From: Rubellimicrobium sp. | GTDB taxonomy: Bacteria; Pseudomonadota; Alphaproteobacteria; Rhodobacterales; Rhodobacteraceae | DNA length: 64,000 nt | Reading direction: 5' to 3' | NCBI GenBank assembly: GCA_020852925.1 | Contig: JADYZU010000036.1 | Span: 1,404 to 65,403 of the forward strand | The notes under the pieces: generated by a model | Databases searched by the model: none | The model's input: the letters and a program-made list of their open reading frames with translations, nothing else | Told to the model about the DNA's origin: nothing | Position numbers and translations under genes: made by a program | Part shown: in pieces, positions 9,284 to 20,290 of the stretch | How positions within the stretch are numbered: position 1 is the stretch's first letter | Layout of the letters: each line of letters begins with the position of its first letter

Positions 9284-9637
9284 TCAGCGCCGCCCGCCCG
9301 CATCGAGAAGGGCGTGCACCTCGGCGCCCGGCCCGGTTGTGGCACCGTCGGTGCCGGGCCGCCCGTCGCGCCGCGCGCGCGCGCGGTGGCGGCGCAGTTC
9401 CGAACGCAACCGCCCCTCGCGCAGCCATTCCCAGATCAGGCCGATCACCAGCCCGAGTGCCACCGACAGGAAGATCACGAGGAACAGCGGCATCTCGACC
9501 CCCGGGGCGACCCCGGCCATGGCGGCCAGCGCGGCGGGCAGCAGGTGCAGGCCCACCACTTCGCGATTGGCCAGCCCGAGCACGACCAGCCCGACGACGA
9601 CCACGCCCCAGAACAGCCAGCCAAGCGCCCGCAGCAC
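9284..9637 (-). CDS. LapA/DUF1049-family inner membrane protein
   Basis: 117 aa, two TM helices then a basic tail. Sits in the typical position between ihfB and trpF. Confidence 0.7.
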   Translation of the reverse strand: MLRALGWLFWGVVVVGLVVLGLANREVVGLHLLPAALAAMAGVAPGVEMPLFLVIFLSVALGLVIGLIWEWLREGRLRSELRRHRARARRDGRPGTDGATTGPGAEVHALLDAGGRR

Positions 9638-9640
9638 CGG

Positions 9641-9928
9641 TTACTCCTCGCGTCCGTTGAGCCGGTCGCGCAGCAGCTTGCCGGTCTTGAAGAAGGGCAC
9701 GGCCTTTTCCTCGACCTCGACCGCCTCGCCGGTGCGCGGGTTGCGGCCGGTGCGGCCGTCACGCCGTTTCACCGAAAAGGCGCCGAAACCGCGCAGCTCC
9801 ACCCGGTTCCCGCGCGCCATGGCGGCCGTGATCTCGTCAAAGACCGTGTTGACGATCTTCTCGACTTCGCGCTGCAAAAGCTTCGGATTCTCATCCGCGA
9901 TCTTCTGGATCAGTTCAGACCGGATCAT
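9641..9928 (-). CDS. ihfB: integration host factor subunit beta
   Basis: 95 aa. [11 protein letters not shown].., [23 protein letters not shown] (HU/IHF fold signature). Confidence 0.95.
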   Translation of the reverse strand: MIRSELIQKIADENPKLLQREVEKIVNTVFDEITAAMARGNRVELRGFGAFSVKRRDGRTGRNPRTGEAVEVEEKAVPFFKTGKLLRDRLNGREE

Positions 9929-10066
9929 GCCCTGCTACCCCCAGGCGGTTTGACGATTGCAACCGGCGCCATGCGCCCAGCCTGCGCGACCATAGCGCGT
10001 TCCAGCAGACTGAGAAATAGCGCGTTTGCCCTTTGCCGGGGCATGGCCCCCGGCCCCGTCCGCGGC

Positions 10067-10102
10067 GCCTCCGGCGGGGGTATTTGAGGCAAAGATGAAG
10101 GG
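10067..10102. repeat. Dispersed 36-nt intergenic repeat, copy A
   Basis: gcctccggcgggggtatttGaggcaaagatgaaggg is 35/36 identical to 20184-20219 in the same orientation. Abuts the pyrD stop codon. Confidence 0.9.
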
Positions 10103-11149
10103 TCAGAGCCAGTCCCGGCGCCCGGTTCCGACCGCATCGGCAAGGGTGGCAAAGCCGTCACGGGCAAGAAGGGCGTCAAGGCCGCGCAGGATGTCGCCGA
10201 CCAGCGACAGACCGCCATAGACCAGCGCGGTATAGAGTTGCAGCGCCGAGGCGCCGGCGCGGACCTTGGCATAGGCTTCCTCGGGTGTGGCGATGCCGCC
10301 CACGCCGACCAGCGGCAGTGCCGTCATCCCGGAAAGCCGCGCGAGGATCCGGGTCGAGCGCGCGAAAAGCGGCGCCCCCGAGAGGCCGCCGGTCTCTTGT
10401 GCCCGGTCCGAGCGCAGCCCCTCGCGCGCGAGGGTGGTGTTGGTGGCGACGATCGCCGCGATGCCGGCGGCCTCGGCCACGGTGGCGATCGCGGCCAGAT
10501 CCGCATCCCCGAGATCGGGGGCGATCTTGAGGAAGACCGGGATCGGGCGCGGCAGGCGCGCACGCGCCGCCATCACGCCGTCGAGCAGCGCGGCCAGCGC
10601 CTGCGGTCCCTGAAGATCGCGCAGCCGTTCGGTATTGGGCGACGAGACATTCACCGTGGCGAAATCGACCAGCCCGCCGCAGCGGGCCAGGACCGCGGCG
10701 AAATCGGCAGCGCGGTCGGCGCTGTCCTTGTTCGCGCCCAGATTGAGGCCAAGCACCATGCCGGGCGGCCGCCGTGCGAGGCGGGCGGCGATGGCCTCGG
10801 CGCCGTCGTTGTTGAAGCCCATCCGGTTGATGGCCGCGCGATCCTCGCTCAGGCGAAAGAGGCGCGGCCGCGGATTTCCGGCCTGCGCCCGCGGGGTGGC
10901 GGCGCCGACCTCGACCCAGCCGAAGGCAGTGCGCGATAGCGCCCCGAGCGCGACCGCGTTCTTGTCGAACCCGGCGGCAAGCCCGAGCGGATTGGGCAGG
11001 GCAAGCCCGGCCAGCGTGGTCGCAAGGCGTGGTGCCGTGACGGGACCGCCGCGCGGGCCCAGCCCGGCACGCAGCGCGCCCAGGGCAAGGGCATGGCCGC
11101 GTTCCGGGTCGATCCCGCGCAGAAGGGCGGCACCCAGCCGGTCGATCAT
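10103..11149 (-). CDS. pyrD: dihydroorotate dehydrogenase (quinone), class 2
   Basis: 348 aa from [39 protein letters not shown] motifs. The upstream 100 codons of the ORF overlap the DUF952 gene out of frame. Confidence 0.9.
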   Translation of the reverse strand: MIDRLGAALLRGIDPERGHALALGALRAGLGPRGGPVTAPRLATTLAGLALPNPLGLAAGFDKNAVALGALSRTAFGWVEVGAATPRAQAGNPRPRLFRLSEDRAAINRMGFNNDGAEAIAARLARRPPGMVLGLNLGANKDSADRAADFAAVLARCGGLVDFATVNVSSPNTERLRDLQGPQALAALLDGVMAARARLPRPIPVFLKIAPDLGDADLAAIATVAEAAGIAAIVATNTTLAREGLRSDRAQETGGLSGAPLFARSTRILARLSGMTALPLVGVGGIATPEEAYAKVRAGASALQLYTALVYGGLSLVGDILRGLDALLARDGFATLADAVGTGRRDWL

Positions 11150-11481
11150 GCGAGTTCCGGAAAGACGTGGCGCCCGTCCACCAGCGGCAGGGGCCGGGCC
11201 GCGATCACATCCGTCAGGCGGAACGGGCGGTAGAGATGCGGAAAGAGCGCGCCGCCGCGCGACACCTCCCAGCGCAGGTCGCCGGCCATGCGCCCCTCTT
11301 CGGCGGTGACGAGCCAGAGCCCGTCCTCGCCGGCGAAATGGCGTGCCACGGTTTCGCGCAGGGTTTCGGCGGTCGAGAAATGCACGAAACCGTCGGCGAT
11401 ATCGACGGGGGCGCCCAGGGTTTCGCCGGCGGATTGCATCGCCTCCCATTCGGAGGCGCGAAAGATCTTGTGGATGGCCAT
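11146..11481 (-). CDS. DUF952 family protein
   Basis: 111 aa. [14 protein letters not shown]...DGFVHFST...FPHLY. ATGA overlap with pyrD. Confidence 0.75.
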   Translation of the reverse strand: MAIHKIFRASEWEAMQSAGETLGAPVDIADGFVHFSTAETLRETVARHFAGEDGLWLVTAEEGRMAGDLRWEVSRGGALFPHLYRPFRLTDVIAARPLPLVDGRHVFPELA

Positions 11482-11563
11482 GGCCGGTCTTTGCCCGCGC
11501 GCGCGGCCCCGGTCAAGGCACCGCCTTGCATCCGCGCCCGAGAGGCATTAACTGCGCCCTCGC

Positions 11564-11637
11564 GCGGGTGTTGTGTAATGGTAAGACCCCAGCCTTCCAA
11601 GCTGGAGATACGGGTTCGATTCCCGTCACCCGCTCCA
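11564..11637 (+). tRNA. tRNA-Gly (TCC)
   Basis: 74 nt. Acceptor GCGGGTG/CACCCGC, anticodon loop CTTCCAA, GGTTCGATTCC T-loop, CCA end. Confidence 0.95.
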
Positions 11638-11668
11638 TCCCCCCCCATCGCCGATGCCAGGACGCGCC

Positions 11669-12196
11669 TTACCTCTCGCGGCAGGCGGGGGCGGTTTCGC
11701 GCGCGCGCAGGCCGGTGGCGACCAGCAGGCAGCGGTCGCGTGCCTCGTAGTAATAGCCAGACGCATACCAGCGCATGGCCTCGTCGGGGTTGCGGTTGCC
11801 GACGATCCAGGCGCCGCGCAGATAGGCGCCGCCGTAGCGCAGGTTGGTCTCGGCATCGAGCAGCCCCTCGATCGGGCCGTCATAGCCCATGCCGCGCGCG
11901 GTTTCGGGCAGGATCTGCATGAGCCCGTAATAGGGCCCGTTGCGCGCGGCGGCGTTGTAGTCGCTCTCGCGCTGGATCACCCGATGGAGCAATTGCGGCG
12001 GGATTTCGAGGAAGGCCGCCGTCTCGTTGATGAGGGCGCGCATCTGCGGAGTCTCGCCGGGGTTGAGGGTGCCGGCGGCCGGCGCGGGATCGTGCGAGAC
12101 CGGCGCCGGGCGGGAACAGGCGGCAAGCGCCAACAGGGCAAGAAGAACGAGAACCGGACGCACGGCATCACCTGTCTGTGAGTTTTGCGTGACCAT
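11669..12196 (-). CDS. lytic transglycosylase (SLT domain) lipoprotein
   Basis: 175 aa from MVTQNS. Lipobox LALAAC. RESDYN..YGLMQI catalytic signature. Confidence 0.85.
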   Translation of the reverse strand: MVTQNSQTGDAVRPVLVLLALLALAACSRPAPVSHDPAPAAGTLNPGETPQMRALINETAAFLEIPPQLLHRVIQRESDYNAAARNGPYYGLMQILPETARGMGYDGPIEGLLDAETNLRYGGAYLRGAWIVGNRNPDEAMRWYASGYYYEARDRCLLVATGLRARETAPACRER

Positions 12197-12728
12197 GGCC
12201 GGGGAACGGCCGGGCCGCAACCGCCGGGCACCGCTGCGCGCCGGATTGGCAAGAACCTGCCATCCTTTGGCGGGCGCACCGGCAAATGAAATGCGCCAGA
12301 GCCGGAGGGCCCTGGCGCAGGTGGCCTGACCCCGCGGGAGAAACGGGGCGGTCATGTCCATCGCTTGCGGCAGCGGCCCCGGGGCCGCGCCCTTCATGCC
12401 GCCGGCGCCCGAGGGGCGGTGAGCAGACCGCCCCTTCCTGCCGGCTGCGCGATGGTTCTTGCTGTTGTGGCTCGCGCCATGATCACTGCCTCTGTCTCGT
12501 ACCTGGGGCGGTTTGTCCGTCCTCTGTCAGACTGTTTCCAGAATCATCGCAAAGCGCGGCGGGGGCATGGCCGCAATGTGGCGGGAATGTGGCAAGTGTC
12601 CCGCCTCACGCGAACGCGAACGGGCCGGCCCGCCATTTCCGCCCTTGCACTCGGCCCCCGGTTCGGGGTGAATCGCCGCGCCGGCGGCAAGGGGCCGGCG
12701 GGCAGGAAACAGACAGGGGGGTGCCGCG

Positions 12729-13466
12729 ATGGGACGTCTCACGGGCAAGCGGGCACTGGTGACGGCGGCCGGACAGGGAATCGGCCGGGCCTCGGTCCTG
12801 GCGATGAAGGCCGAAGGGGCCGAGGTGATCGCGACCGACATCAACGACTCCGCGCTTGCAGATCTGGCCGCCCAGGGCATCGCCTCCCGGGTGCTGAACG
12901 TGCGCGACCCGGACGCGATCAGCGCCGCCGCCGCCGGGATCGGGGCGGTGGACGTGCTCTTCAACTGCGCGGGGTTCGTGGCGAACGGCACCATCCTTGA
13001 CTGCAGCGACGAGGACTGGGCCTTTTCGGTCGATCTCAACATGACGGCCATGTTCCGCATGTGCCGCGCCTTCCTGCCGGCAATGATCGAGGCGGGCGGC
13101 GGGTCGATCATCAACATGGCCTCGGTGGCCTCGTCGGTGATCGCGGCGCCGAACCGCTTTGTCTATGGCGCGACCAAGGCCGGCGTGGTGGGGCTGACCA
13201 AGTCCATCGCCGCCGATTTCGTCACCCGCGGCATCCGCGCCAATGCGATCTGCCCCGGCACCGTCGACAGCCCGTCCCTGCATGACCGCTGGCGGGCAAG
13301 CGGTGACTACGAGGCGGCGAAGAAGGCCTTCATCGCCCGCCAGCCCATCGGCCGCATCGGCCGGCCCGAAGAGGTGGCGGCGCTGGTCGTCTATCTGGCC
13401 TCGGACGAATCGGCCTATACCACCGGTCAGTGCCATGTGATCGACGGGGGCTGGGCCAATGTCTGA
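12729..13466 (+). CDS. SDR family oxidoreductase (2-keto-3-deoxy-L-fuconate dehydrogenase / BDH2-like)
   Basis: 245 aa. TAAGQGIG cofactor motif, YGATKAG catalytic motif. Coupled to an amidohydrolase-2 lactonase-like gene. Confidence 0.85.
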   Translation: MGRLTGKRALVTAAGQGIGRASVLAMKAEGAEVIATDINDSALADLAAQGIASRVLNVRDPDAISAAAAGIGAVDVLFNCAGFVANGTILDCSDEDWAFSVDLNMTAMFRMCRAFLPAMIEAGGGSIINMASVASSVIAAPNRFVYGATKAGVVGLTKSIAADFVTRGIRANAICPGTVDSPSLHDRWRASGDYEAAKKAFIARQPIGRIGRPEEVAALVVYLASDESAYTTGQCHVIDGGWANV

Positions 13467-14349
13467 GGCACCCGGCCTCATCGACACGCATCTGCACCTG
13501 ATCGACCGCAAGATCGCGCGCCACGCGTGGACCGCGGATGTGCCCGCGTTGCGGGACCGCGACTTCGGCCTTGACGAGGTGCGCGATCTCTATGCCGGCG
13601 CGGTCGCGGGTTCGGTCTTCATGGAGGTCGATGTCGATGAGGACTGCATCCGCGACGAGGCGCGCTGGATCGGCGGGCTGATCGCCGGGGGCGCGCTTCT
13701 GGGGCAGATCTGCGCCTGCCGGCCGGAACAGGCGCAGGGGATCGAGGACTGGATCGAAGAGGCCAGGGCGCTGGGCGCGGTGGGGATGCGGCGCATCCTG
13801 CATGTCGTGCCCGACGACCTGAGCGAAAGCGCCACCTTCCGCGACAATGTGCGCCGCATCGGGCGGGCCGGGCTCACGTTCGACATGAACTTCCTGCACC
13901 GCACCCTCGACCGGGCCGAGGCGCTGGCGCGCGCCTGCGACGACATGACGCTGGTGCTGGATCACTGCGGCACGCCCGACATCGCCGGGGCCGAATGGGA
14001 GATCTGGGCCCGCGGCATCACCCGGCTGGCGGCGCTGCCGCATGTGATGGTGAAACTGTCCGGCATCACCGCCTATTGCGCGCCGGGCGCCGATCACGCA
14101 GCCGCGATCGCACCCTATGTCGATCATGTGCTGTCGTCCTTCGGCACCGGGCGCGTGGTCTGGGGCAGCGACTGGCCCGTGGTCAATCTGGGGGCGGGCC
14201 TGAAGGGCTGGCTGGAGATCACGCGCGACGTTCTTGCCCGGCTGTCGCCCGACGAGGCGGCCGATGTGGCGCACAGGAACGCGCGGCGGATCTACGGGCT
14301 GCGGCCTCAGGTCGGCGGGGCGCCGGTCAGCGCGAAGACCGCGCCATAG
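13459..14349 (+). CDS. amidohydrolase-2 family protein (L-fuconolactonase-like)
   Basis: 296 aa. IDTHLHL.., LDHCG, WGSDWP metal-binding pattern. 8-nt overlap with the SDR gene. Confidence 0.8.
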   Translation: MSEAPGLIDTHLHLIDRKIARHAWTADVPALRDRDFGLDEVRDLYAGAVAGSVFMEVDVDEDCIRDEARWIGGLIAGGALLGQICACRPEQAQGIEDWIEEARALGAVGMRRILHVVPDDLSESATFRDNVRRIGRAGLTFDMNFLHRTLDRAEALARACDDMTLVLDHCGTPDIAGAEWEIWARGITRLAALPHVMVKLSGITAYCAPGADHAAAIAPYVDHVLSSFGTGRVVWGSDWPVVNLGAGLKGWLEITRDVLARLSPDEAADVAHRNARRIYGLRPQVGGAPVSAKTAP

Positions 14350-14642
14350 GCCACCGCCCCCGCCAGCGTCGCCGCGATGATCGAGCGGCGCGGCACGAAG
14401 GCCGCGATCGTGGCCAGCACCCCCGCCGCCAGCGGCAGCACGTCGCGCGGCACCGGCATCAGTTGCGGCAGCACCGAGGCCACGAACAGCGTGGCGATGG
14501 CCGCGGGCCCGGTCGCGGCCAGAAACCGCGCCAGGATGCCGCCCGGCGTCGGTTCCGACCGCATCAGCATGGTCGGCAGCGCCCGCAGCGCCCAGGTGGC
14601 CGCGCCGGTGAGCACCGCCATGAGCAGAAGATCGCCCCTCAT
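14307..14642 (-). CDS. azlD: branched-chain amino acid exporter small subunit AzlD
   Basis: 111 aa from MRGDLLLMAV, hydrophobic. ATGA-type overlap with azlC. Confidence 0.75.
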   Translation of the reverse strand: MRGDLLLMAVLTGAATWALRALPTMLMRSEPTPGGILARFLAATGPAAIATLFVASVLPQLMPVPRDVLPLAAGVLATIAAFVPRRSIIAATLAGAVAYGAVFALTGAPPT

Positions 14643-15319
14643 CTGCGCAAGACCCCCGCGACCGCGCCCGCAATCATGCCGGCCAGGATAGCCCCGGTCG
14701 ACGACAGCACCACCGCGCCAAGCACCGTCGCCACCGCCGCCACCACCACCGCGGGCAGCGTGGCGCGACTGGCCACCGCCATGAGCAGCGCCAGAAACAG
14801 CGCCGGCAGCATGAACGACAGCCCGGCCGAAATCGCGGGATAGCCGGCCAGGGCCTCGCCCCCGGCCCAGGCGCCGACGGCGGTGCCGCTGACCCAGGCG
14901 CTCCAGGCCCCGAGGCCGAGGCCCGCCATCCAGCGTTCCGAGAACCTCTGCCCGGTGCCCACCGTGGCCAGTGCCTGCGCAAAGACCTCGTCGGTGAGGC
15001 ACCAGCTCCAGAGCGCGGCCCAGCGCCGGTGCGGCTGTCCCGCCGCCTTCATGAGGGCCGGACCATAGATCAGGTGGCGCAGGTTCATGGCGATCAGCGT
15101 GCCCGCCGCCACCAGGGGCGACGCCCCCGAGGCGATGAGCACGAGCGCCAGGAACTGCGCCGCCCCGGCGAAGATCACGACCGACAGCATGACCGCCTCG
15201 GCCAGGGTCAGGCCGGTGCGGCTGGCCTCGACGCCAAAGACGACGGCGATCGGGAAATAGCCCAGCGCGATCGGCAGGGCCGCGGCCAGGCCGCGCAGGA
15301 ATCCGGGGGTGGGGGTCAT
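14639..15319 (-). CDS. azlC: AzlC family branched-chain amino acid exporter subunit
   Basis: 226 aa from MTPTPGF. FAGAAQF and MNLRHLIYGP motifs. Confidence 0.8.
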   Translation of the reverse strand: MTPTPGFLRGLAAALPIALGYFPIAVVFGVEASRTGLTLAEAVMLSVVIFAGAAQFLALVLIASGASPLVAAGTLIAMNLRHLIYGPALMKAAGQPHRRWAALWSWCLTDEVFAQALATVGTGQRFSERWMAGLGLGAWSAWVSGTAVGAWAGGEALAGYPAISAGLSFMLPALFLALLMAVASRATLPAVVVAAVATVLGAVVLSSTGAILAGMIAGAVAGVLRR

Positions 15320-15369
15320 GAAATCAGGGCCGGCAGCGTGGCCGGCCCCCTTTCCTGTCGGCGCGGGGA

Positions 15370-18198
15370 TCAGACATAATCCTCGAGCGGCGGGCAGATG
15401 CACATGAGGTTGCGGTCGCCCCAGACGTTGTCGACCCGGCCCACGGGCGGCCAGTATTTGTCGACCCGGAACGAGGCCGGCGGGAAACATCCCTGTTCGC
15501 GCGGATACTTGCGCGTCCAGTCGGCCACCAGATCCTCGACCGTGTGCGGCGCATGGCGCAGCGGGCTGTCCTCGGGCGCGATCTCGCCGGCCTCGACCTC
15601 GCGGATTTCCTTGCGGATCGCGCGGAAGGCGGTGATGAGGCGGTCGATCTCGGCCTTGGTCTCGCTCTCGGTTGGCTCTACCATCAGGGTGCCGGACACC
15701 GGCCAGGACATGGTCGGCGCGTGGAACCCGTTGTCGATCAGGCGCTTGGCGATGTCGTCCACCGTCACCCCCACCTCGGCGAAGGGCCGGGTGTCAAGGA
15801 TGCATTCATGCGCCACGCGCCCGCGGTTGCCCATGAAGAGCACCGGATAGTCGCCCTTCAGGCTCGAGGCGATGTAGTTGGCGTTCAGGATCGCCACCCG
15901 CGTCGCCTGCGTCAGGCCCGCGCCGCCCATCATCAGGACATAGGCCCAGGAGATGAGCAGGATCGACGCCGATCCCCAGGGCGCCGCCGACACCGGCCCC
16001 TCGTCCCCGCCGGTTTCGGGGTGGCCGGGCAGATAGGGCGCCAGATGCGCCTTCACGCCGATCGGCCCCATGCCGGGTCCGCCACCGCCGTGCGGGATGG
16101 CAAAGGTCTTGTGCAGGTTCAGGTGGCTCACGTCGCCGCCGATCTCGCCGGGCTTCACCAGCCCGACCATGGCGTTCATGTTGGCGCCGTCGATATAGAC
16201 CTGCCCGCCGTGGTCATGGGTGATCCTGCAGACATCGCGCACCGTTTCCTCGAACACGCCATGGGTCGAGGGATAGGTGATCATGCAGGCGGCCAGGCGG
16301 TTGCCGGCCTTGCGCGCCTTGTCGGTGAAATCCTCGAGGTCGATATCGCCGTTGGGCGAGGATTTCACCACCACCACCTCCATCCCGGCCATCTGCGCCG
16401 AGGCGGGGTTGGTCCCGTGCGCCGACACCGGGATGAGGCAGATCTTGCGGTCGTGATCGCCGCGGGCGCGGTGCCAGGCCAGGATGGTCAGAAGCCCGGC
16501 ATATTCGCCCTGCGCGCCCGAGTTGGGCTGCATCGAGAAGGCGTCATAGCCGGTGATCTCGCACAGCTTGGCCGACAGGTCGTCGATCGCCTCGTGATAG
16601 CCCGCCGCCTGATCGCGCGGGGCAAACGGGTGGAGCGAGGAGAACTCGGGCCAGGTGATCGGCGCCATCTCGGCGGCGGCATTGAGCTTCATCGTGCACG
16701 ATCCCAGCGGGATCATCGCCCGGTCAAGCGCAAGGTCGCGGTCCGAGAGGCGGCGCATGTAGCGCATCATCTCGGATTCGGCCCGGTTCATGTGGAACAC
16801 CGGATGGGTGAGATAGGCGCTCTGCCGCAGGAGGGTTTCCGGGAAGGCGAGGTCGCCGCGATGCGGCGGTACGCCGTCGATGCCGAAGGCGCGCAGCACC
16901 CGGATGAGCACGCGTTCATCCGTGGTCTCGTCCAGGGTGATGCCGATACGGTCAAGGCCGATCTTGCGGAAGTTCAGGCCCTCGGCCCGGGCCGCGGCCA
17001 GGATGCCGGCCTGCCCCACGCCCACCTCGACGGTGATCGTGTCGAAGAAGGCATCGGGGCTGAGTTGCGCGCCCGCGGCCCTGAGGGCACGCGACAGCCG
17101 CTGGGTCAGGAAGTGCACCCGCTCGGCAATGGCGCGCAGGCCCTGCGGCCCGTGGAACACCGCATACATGCTGGCCATGACCGCGAGCAGCGCCTGTGCG
17201 GTGCAGACGTTCGATGTGGCCTTCTCGCGGCGGATGTGCTGTTCGCGCGTCTGGAGCGACAGCCGGTAGGCGCGGTTCCCGCGCGAGTCGATCGAGACGC
17301 CGACGATCCGGCCGGGCATCTGGCGCTTGTGTTCGTCGCGCACCGCCATGAAGGCCGCATGCGGCCCGCCATAGCCCATCGGCACGCCGAAACGCTGGGC
17401 CGAACCCACGGCGATGTCGGCGCCCATGGCGCCAGGCTCCTTGAGCATGGTCAGCGCCAGCAGGTCCGTGGCCATCACCGCCACGCCCTTCGCCTCGTGC
17501 AGGCGGGCGATGATGTCGCTGAAGTCGCGCACATGGCCGTAGGTGCCGGGATACTGGAAGATCGCCCCGAAGACCTGCGCGGGGTCCAGATCCTCGGGCT
17601 CTCCGGTGACGATCCCGATGCCAAGGGGCAACGCGCGGGTGCGGATCACCGCGATGGTCTGCGGATGGCAGTTCACGTCCACGAAGAAGGCGCGCGCCTT
17701 CGAGCGGGCCACGCGTTCGGCCATGGCCATCGCCTCGGCCGCGGCGGTCGCCTCGTCCAGAAGCGAGGCATTGGCGACATCAAGCCCGGTCAGGTCGCAG
17801 ACCATGGTCTGATAGTTCAGGAGCGCCTCGAGCCGGCCCTGCGCGATCTCGGGCTGGTAGGGGGTGTAGGCGGTATACCAGGCGGGATTTTCCAGGATGT
17901 TGCGCTGGATCGCCGGCGGCGTCACCGTGCCGTGGTAGCCCTGCCCGATGAGCGAGACCATCACCCGGTTCTTCGCGGCCACGGCGCGCAGGCGCTCGGT
18001 CAGTTCGTGTTCCGTCAGCGGCAGCCAGGAGAGGGGCTCGCTCTGGCGGATCGAGGCGGGCACCGTCTCGTCGATCAGGGTCTCGAGGCTCTGGGTGCCG
18101 ACGACCTTCAGCATCTCCTCCATCTCGGCGCGCGAGGGGCCGATGTGCCGGCGATTGGCAAAGTCGTAGGGATTGTAGGCGGATTCGGTAAAGGTCAT
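15370..18198 (-). CDS. gcvP: glycine dehydrogenase (decarboxylating), P protein
   Basis: 942 aa single-chain P protein. NLHKTF PLP-lysine region. In gcvT-H-P order. Confidence 0.97.
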   Translation of the reverse strand: MTFTESAYNPYDFANRRHIGPSRAEMEEMLKVVGTQSLETLIDETVPASIRQSEPLSWLPLTEHELTERLRAVAAKNRVMVSLIGQGYHGTVTPPAIQRNILENPAWYTAYTPYQPEIAQGRLEALLNYQTMVCDLTGLDVANASLLDEATAAAEAMAMAERVARSKARAFFVDVNCHPQTIAVIRTRALPLGIGIVTGEPEDLDPAQVFGAIFQYPGTYGHVRDFSDIIARLHEAKGVAVMATDLLALTMLKEPGAMGADIAVGSAQRFGVPMGYGGPHAAFMAVRDEHKRQMPGRIVGVSIDSRGNRAYRLSLQTREQHIRREKATSNVCTAQALLAVMASMYAVFHGPQGLRAIAERVHFLTQRLSRALRAAGAQLSPDAFFDTITVEVGVGQAGILAAARAEGLNFRKIGLDRIGITLDETTDERVLIRVLRAFGIDGVPPHRGDLAFPETLLRQSAYLTHPVFHMNRAESEMMRYMRRLSDRDLALDRAMIPLGSCTMKLNAAAEMAPITWPEFSSLHPFAPRDQAAGYHEAIDDLSAKLCEITGYDAFSMQPNSGAQGEYAGLLTILAWHRARGDHDRKICLIPVSAHGTNPASAQMAGMEVVVVKSSPNGDIDLEDFTDKARKAGNRLAACMITYPSTHGVFEETVRDVCRITHDHGGQVYIDGANMNAMVGLVKPGEIGGDVSHLNLHKTFAIPHGGGGPGMGPIGVKAHLAPYLPGHPETGGDEGPVSAAPWGSASILLISWAYVLMMGGAGLTQATRVAILNANYIASSLKGDYPVLFMGNRGRVAHECILDTRPFAEVGVTVDDIAKRLIDNGFHAPTMSWPVSGTLMVEPTESETKAEIDRLITAFRAIRKEIREVEAGEIAPEDSPLRHAPHTVEDLVADWTRKYPREQGCFPPASFRVDKYWPPVGRVDNVWGDRNLMCICPPLEDYV

Positions 18199-18280
18199 CG
18201 CGGATACCTCTGGAACGGGTGCGCGGGCCGCGCGCGGGCGGCGGCCCGCGCGACAGCCCGCAGGGACCGGGCGGGACGGC

Positions 18281-18637
18281 TCAGCCGATCAGGGCCTTGT
18301 AGGCGTCCTCGTCCATGAAGCCGTCGATGACCGCGGGATCGGCCACCTTCACCTTGAAGAACCAGGCGCCCATCGCATCCTCGTTCACGAGGCCGGGGTT
18401 GTCGACCAGCGCCTGGTTCACCTCGACGATCTCGCCCGTCACGGGGGCGAAGATGTCCGAGGCGGCCTTCACGCTTTCCACCACGGCGACGGCATCGCCC
18501 GCATCGCAGTCGCGCCCGGTGTCGGGCAGTTCGACGAACACCACGTCGCCAAGCTGGACCGCGGCGTGTTCGGTGATGCCGACGGTGATGACATCGCCAT
18601 CGGCCTTAAGCCATTCGTGCTCTTCGGTGAACTTCAT
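18281..18637 (-). CDS. gcvH: glycine cleavage system H protein
   Basis: 118 aa. Lipoyl-lysine motif VESVKAASD. Confidence 0.95.
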   Translation of the reverse strand: MKFTEEHEWLKADGDVITVGITEHAAVQLGDVVFVELPDTGRDCDAGDAVAVVESVKAASDIFAPVTGEIVEVNQALVDNPGLVNEDAMGAWFFKVKVADPAVIDGFMDEDAYKALIG

Positions 18638-18644
18638 GTTGGCC

Positions 18645-19778
18645 TCAGCGCTTGTAGGAGGTTGAATGGAAAGGAAGGGGGGCGACAGTCACAGGCATGC
18701 GGCGCCCGCGCACCTCGCCCTCGAGTGCGGTGCCGGCGGTGGCGAGGGCGGGGGGCACATAGCCCATGGCCATCGGCGCCTCGATCGAGGGGCCGAAACC
18801 GCCCGAAGTGATCGCGCCCACGGCGGCGGCGCCATGAAACAGGACCGTGCCTTCGCGCATGGGCGCGCGGCCTTCGGGGCGCAGCCCCACCCGGACGCGC
18901 GCCGGCCCCTCGGCCAGTTCGCGCAGGATGCGCGTGGCGCCCGGAAACCCGCCCGCCCGTGCGCCGCCCGTGCGCCGCAGTTTCGGAATGGCCCAGGTGA
19001 GCCCGGCCTCGACCGGCGAGGTGGTGGTGTCGATGTCGTGGCCATAAAGGCACAGCCCGGCCTCGAGCCGCAGCGAATCGCGCGCGCCCAGGCCGATCGG
19101 CGCCACGCGCGGATCGGCCAGCAATGCGCGGGCAAAGGCGTGGGCGCCGGCTTCGGGCACCGAAATCTCGAACCCGTCCTCGCCGGTATAGCCCGAGCGA
19201 CTGATCCAGAGCGCGCCGAAGGCTGTCTCGCGCACCACCGAATCCATGAACTTCAGCGCGGGCGCATCGGCGACATGCGCGGCAAGCACCGCCTCGGCCG
19301 CGGGGCCCTGAAGCGCGAGCAGCGCGCGGTCGCCCACGAAGTCGAGATCGGCCACTCCCGCCAGATGCGCGCGCAGATGCGCGACATCCTCATGCTTGCG
19401 CCCGGCGTTCACGACCAGAAGGAAGTGGTCGCCGCGGTTGGCGAACATCAGATCGTCGAGGATGCCGCCCGCGTCGTCGGTGAAGATCCCGTAGCGCTGC
19501 CGCCCCGGCGCCAGTCCGGCGACATCGACCGGCATCAGCGCCTCGAGCGCGAGCGCGAGTTCCGCCATGCCGGTCTTCGGCCGCAGGATCACCTGGCCCA
19601 TGTGGCTCACGTCGAAAAGACCGGCGGCCGCGCGGGTGTGCAGGTGCTCCTTCATCACGCCGGCGGGATACTGGACGGGCATGGAATAGCCCGCGAAGGG
19701 CACCATGCGCGCCCCGAGTTCCACATGCAGGTCGTTCAGCCCCAAGAGGAGCAGGTTGTCGTTCGCATCATCGCCCAT
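18645..19778 (-). CDS. gcvT: aminomethyltransferase, glycine cleavage T protein
   Basis: 377 aa from MGDDAND (SD aaggaggg upstream). FDVSHMG, TGEDGFE motifs. The longer ORF extension is Arg/Gly-rich and overlaps the riboswitch. Confidence 0.92.
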   Translation of the reverse strand: MGDDANDNLLLLGLNDLHVELGARMVPFAGYSMPVQYPAGVMKEHLHTRAAAGLFDVSHMGQVILRPKTGMAELALALEALMPVDVAGLAPGRQRYGIFTDDAGGILDDLMFANRGDHFLLVVNAGRKHEDVAHLRAHLAGVADLDFVGDRALLALQGPAAEAVLAAHVADAPALKFMDSVVRETAFGALWISRSGYTGEDGFEISVPEAGAHAFARALLADPRVAPIGLGARDSLRLEAGLCLYGHDIDTTTSPVEAGLTWAIPKLRRTGGARAGGFPGATRILRELAEGPARVRVGLRPEGRAPMREGTVLFHGAAAVGAITSGGFGPSIEAPMAMGYVPPALATAGTALEGEVRGRRMPVTVAPLPFHSTSYKR

Positions 19779-19849
19779 CGGGCCCTCCTTCCGTCCCGGG
19801 CCGCAGGGCGCACGGGCATTCGCCGGGCGGGTGTGCCCCGCCCCCTGGC

Positions 19850-20030
19850 TGCCCCCTCTGTCCCTGCCCCCGCCGGGGCGCCTGAGATCGTTATCCCTTC
19901 GGCGGGCGCGGCTGCGCCACTCTCCAGAGTCCGTCGACAGGACGGTCCCTTGCGCCTGAGAGTTTACCGGGGCGGTTGCTCCTTCGGCACCGGCCCCTGG
20001 TCTGGGCCGGATTCTCCCGTTCCTGTCCGC
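19850..20030 (-). promoter_or_regulatory. Tandem glycine riboswitch (two aptamers) controlling gcvTHP
   Basis: Minus strand, aptamer 1: GGACAGGAACGGGAGAA..CCGAAGGAGCAA..CTCTCAGGCGCAAGGGACCGTCCTGTC. Aptamer 2: CTCTGGAGAG..CCGAAGGGATAA..TCTCAGGC..CAGGGACAGAG. Both match the conserved glycine aptamer cores. Confidence 0.9.
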
Positions 20031-20183
20031 GATTGCGTAGCCTGCGGGAGGCGGGATTGGCAAGGGGGCGTAGCCGCCAGGTGTCCCGGGCGACCGCCTT
20101 GCGCCCTTGCGCGACCTTGCGGAGCGCGGGCGCGGCCCGCGCATTCCTTTTCTCTCGGCGTTGCTGGCGCAACGCCTCGGGCG

Positions 20184-20219
20184 GCCTCCGGCGGGGGTAT
20201 TTCAGGCAAAGATGAAGGG
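20184..20219. repeat. Dispersed 36-nt intergenic repeat, copy B
   Basis: gcctccggcgggggtatttCaggcaaagatgaaggg is 35/36 identical to 10067-10102. Lies between the glycine riboswitch and the TraR-like gene. Confidence 0.9.
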
Positions 20220-20290
20220 AGAGGCGCGATCGGCGGGCCCGGTTTGACTTTGCCGGCACCGGCCCTAGATTGACCCTGCGGGAGGGCGCG

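Noticed and set aside
10086-10102. Mini-ORF inside the 36-nt repeat (GAGG-caaag-ATG AAG GG looks like SD plus start).
   Set aside because: The reading frames downstream of the two copies diverge immediately. One is MKGQSQS... antisense to pyrD, and the other is MKGEARSAGPV-stop. There is no conserved peptide, and the SD-like G is the one variable position.
12365-13000. 211-aa ORF filling the large SLT/SDR intergenic gap.
   Set aside because: It is Arg/Gly-rich and low-complexity, it runs into the well-supported SDR gene out of frame, and there is no SD or recognisable domain.
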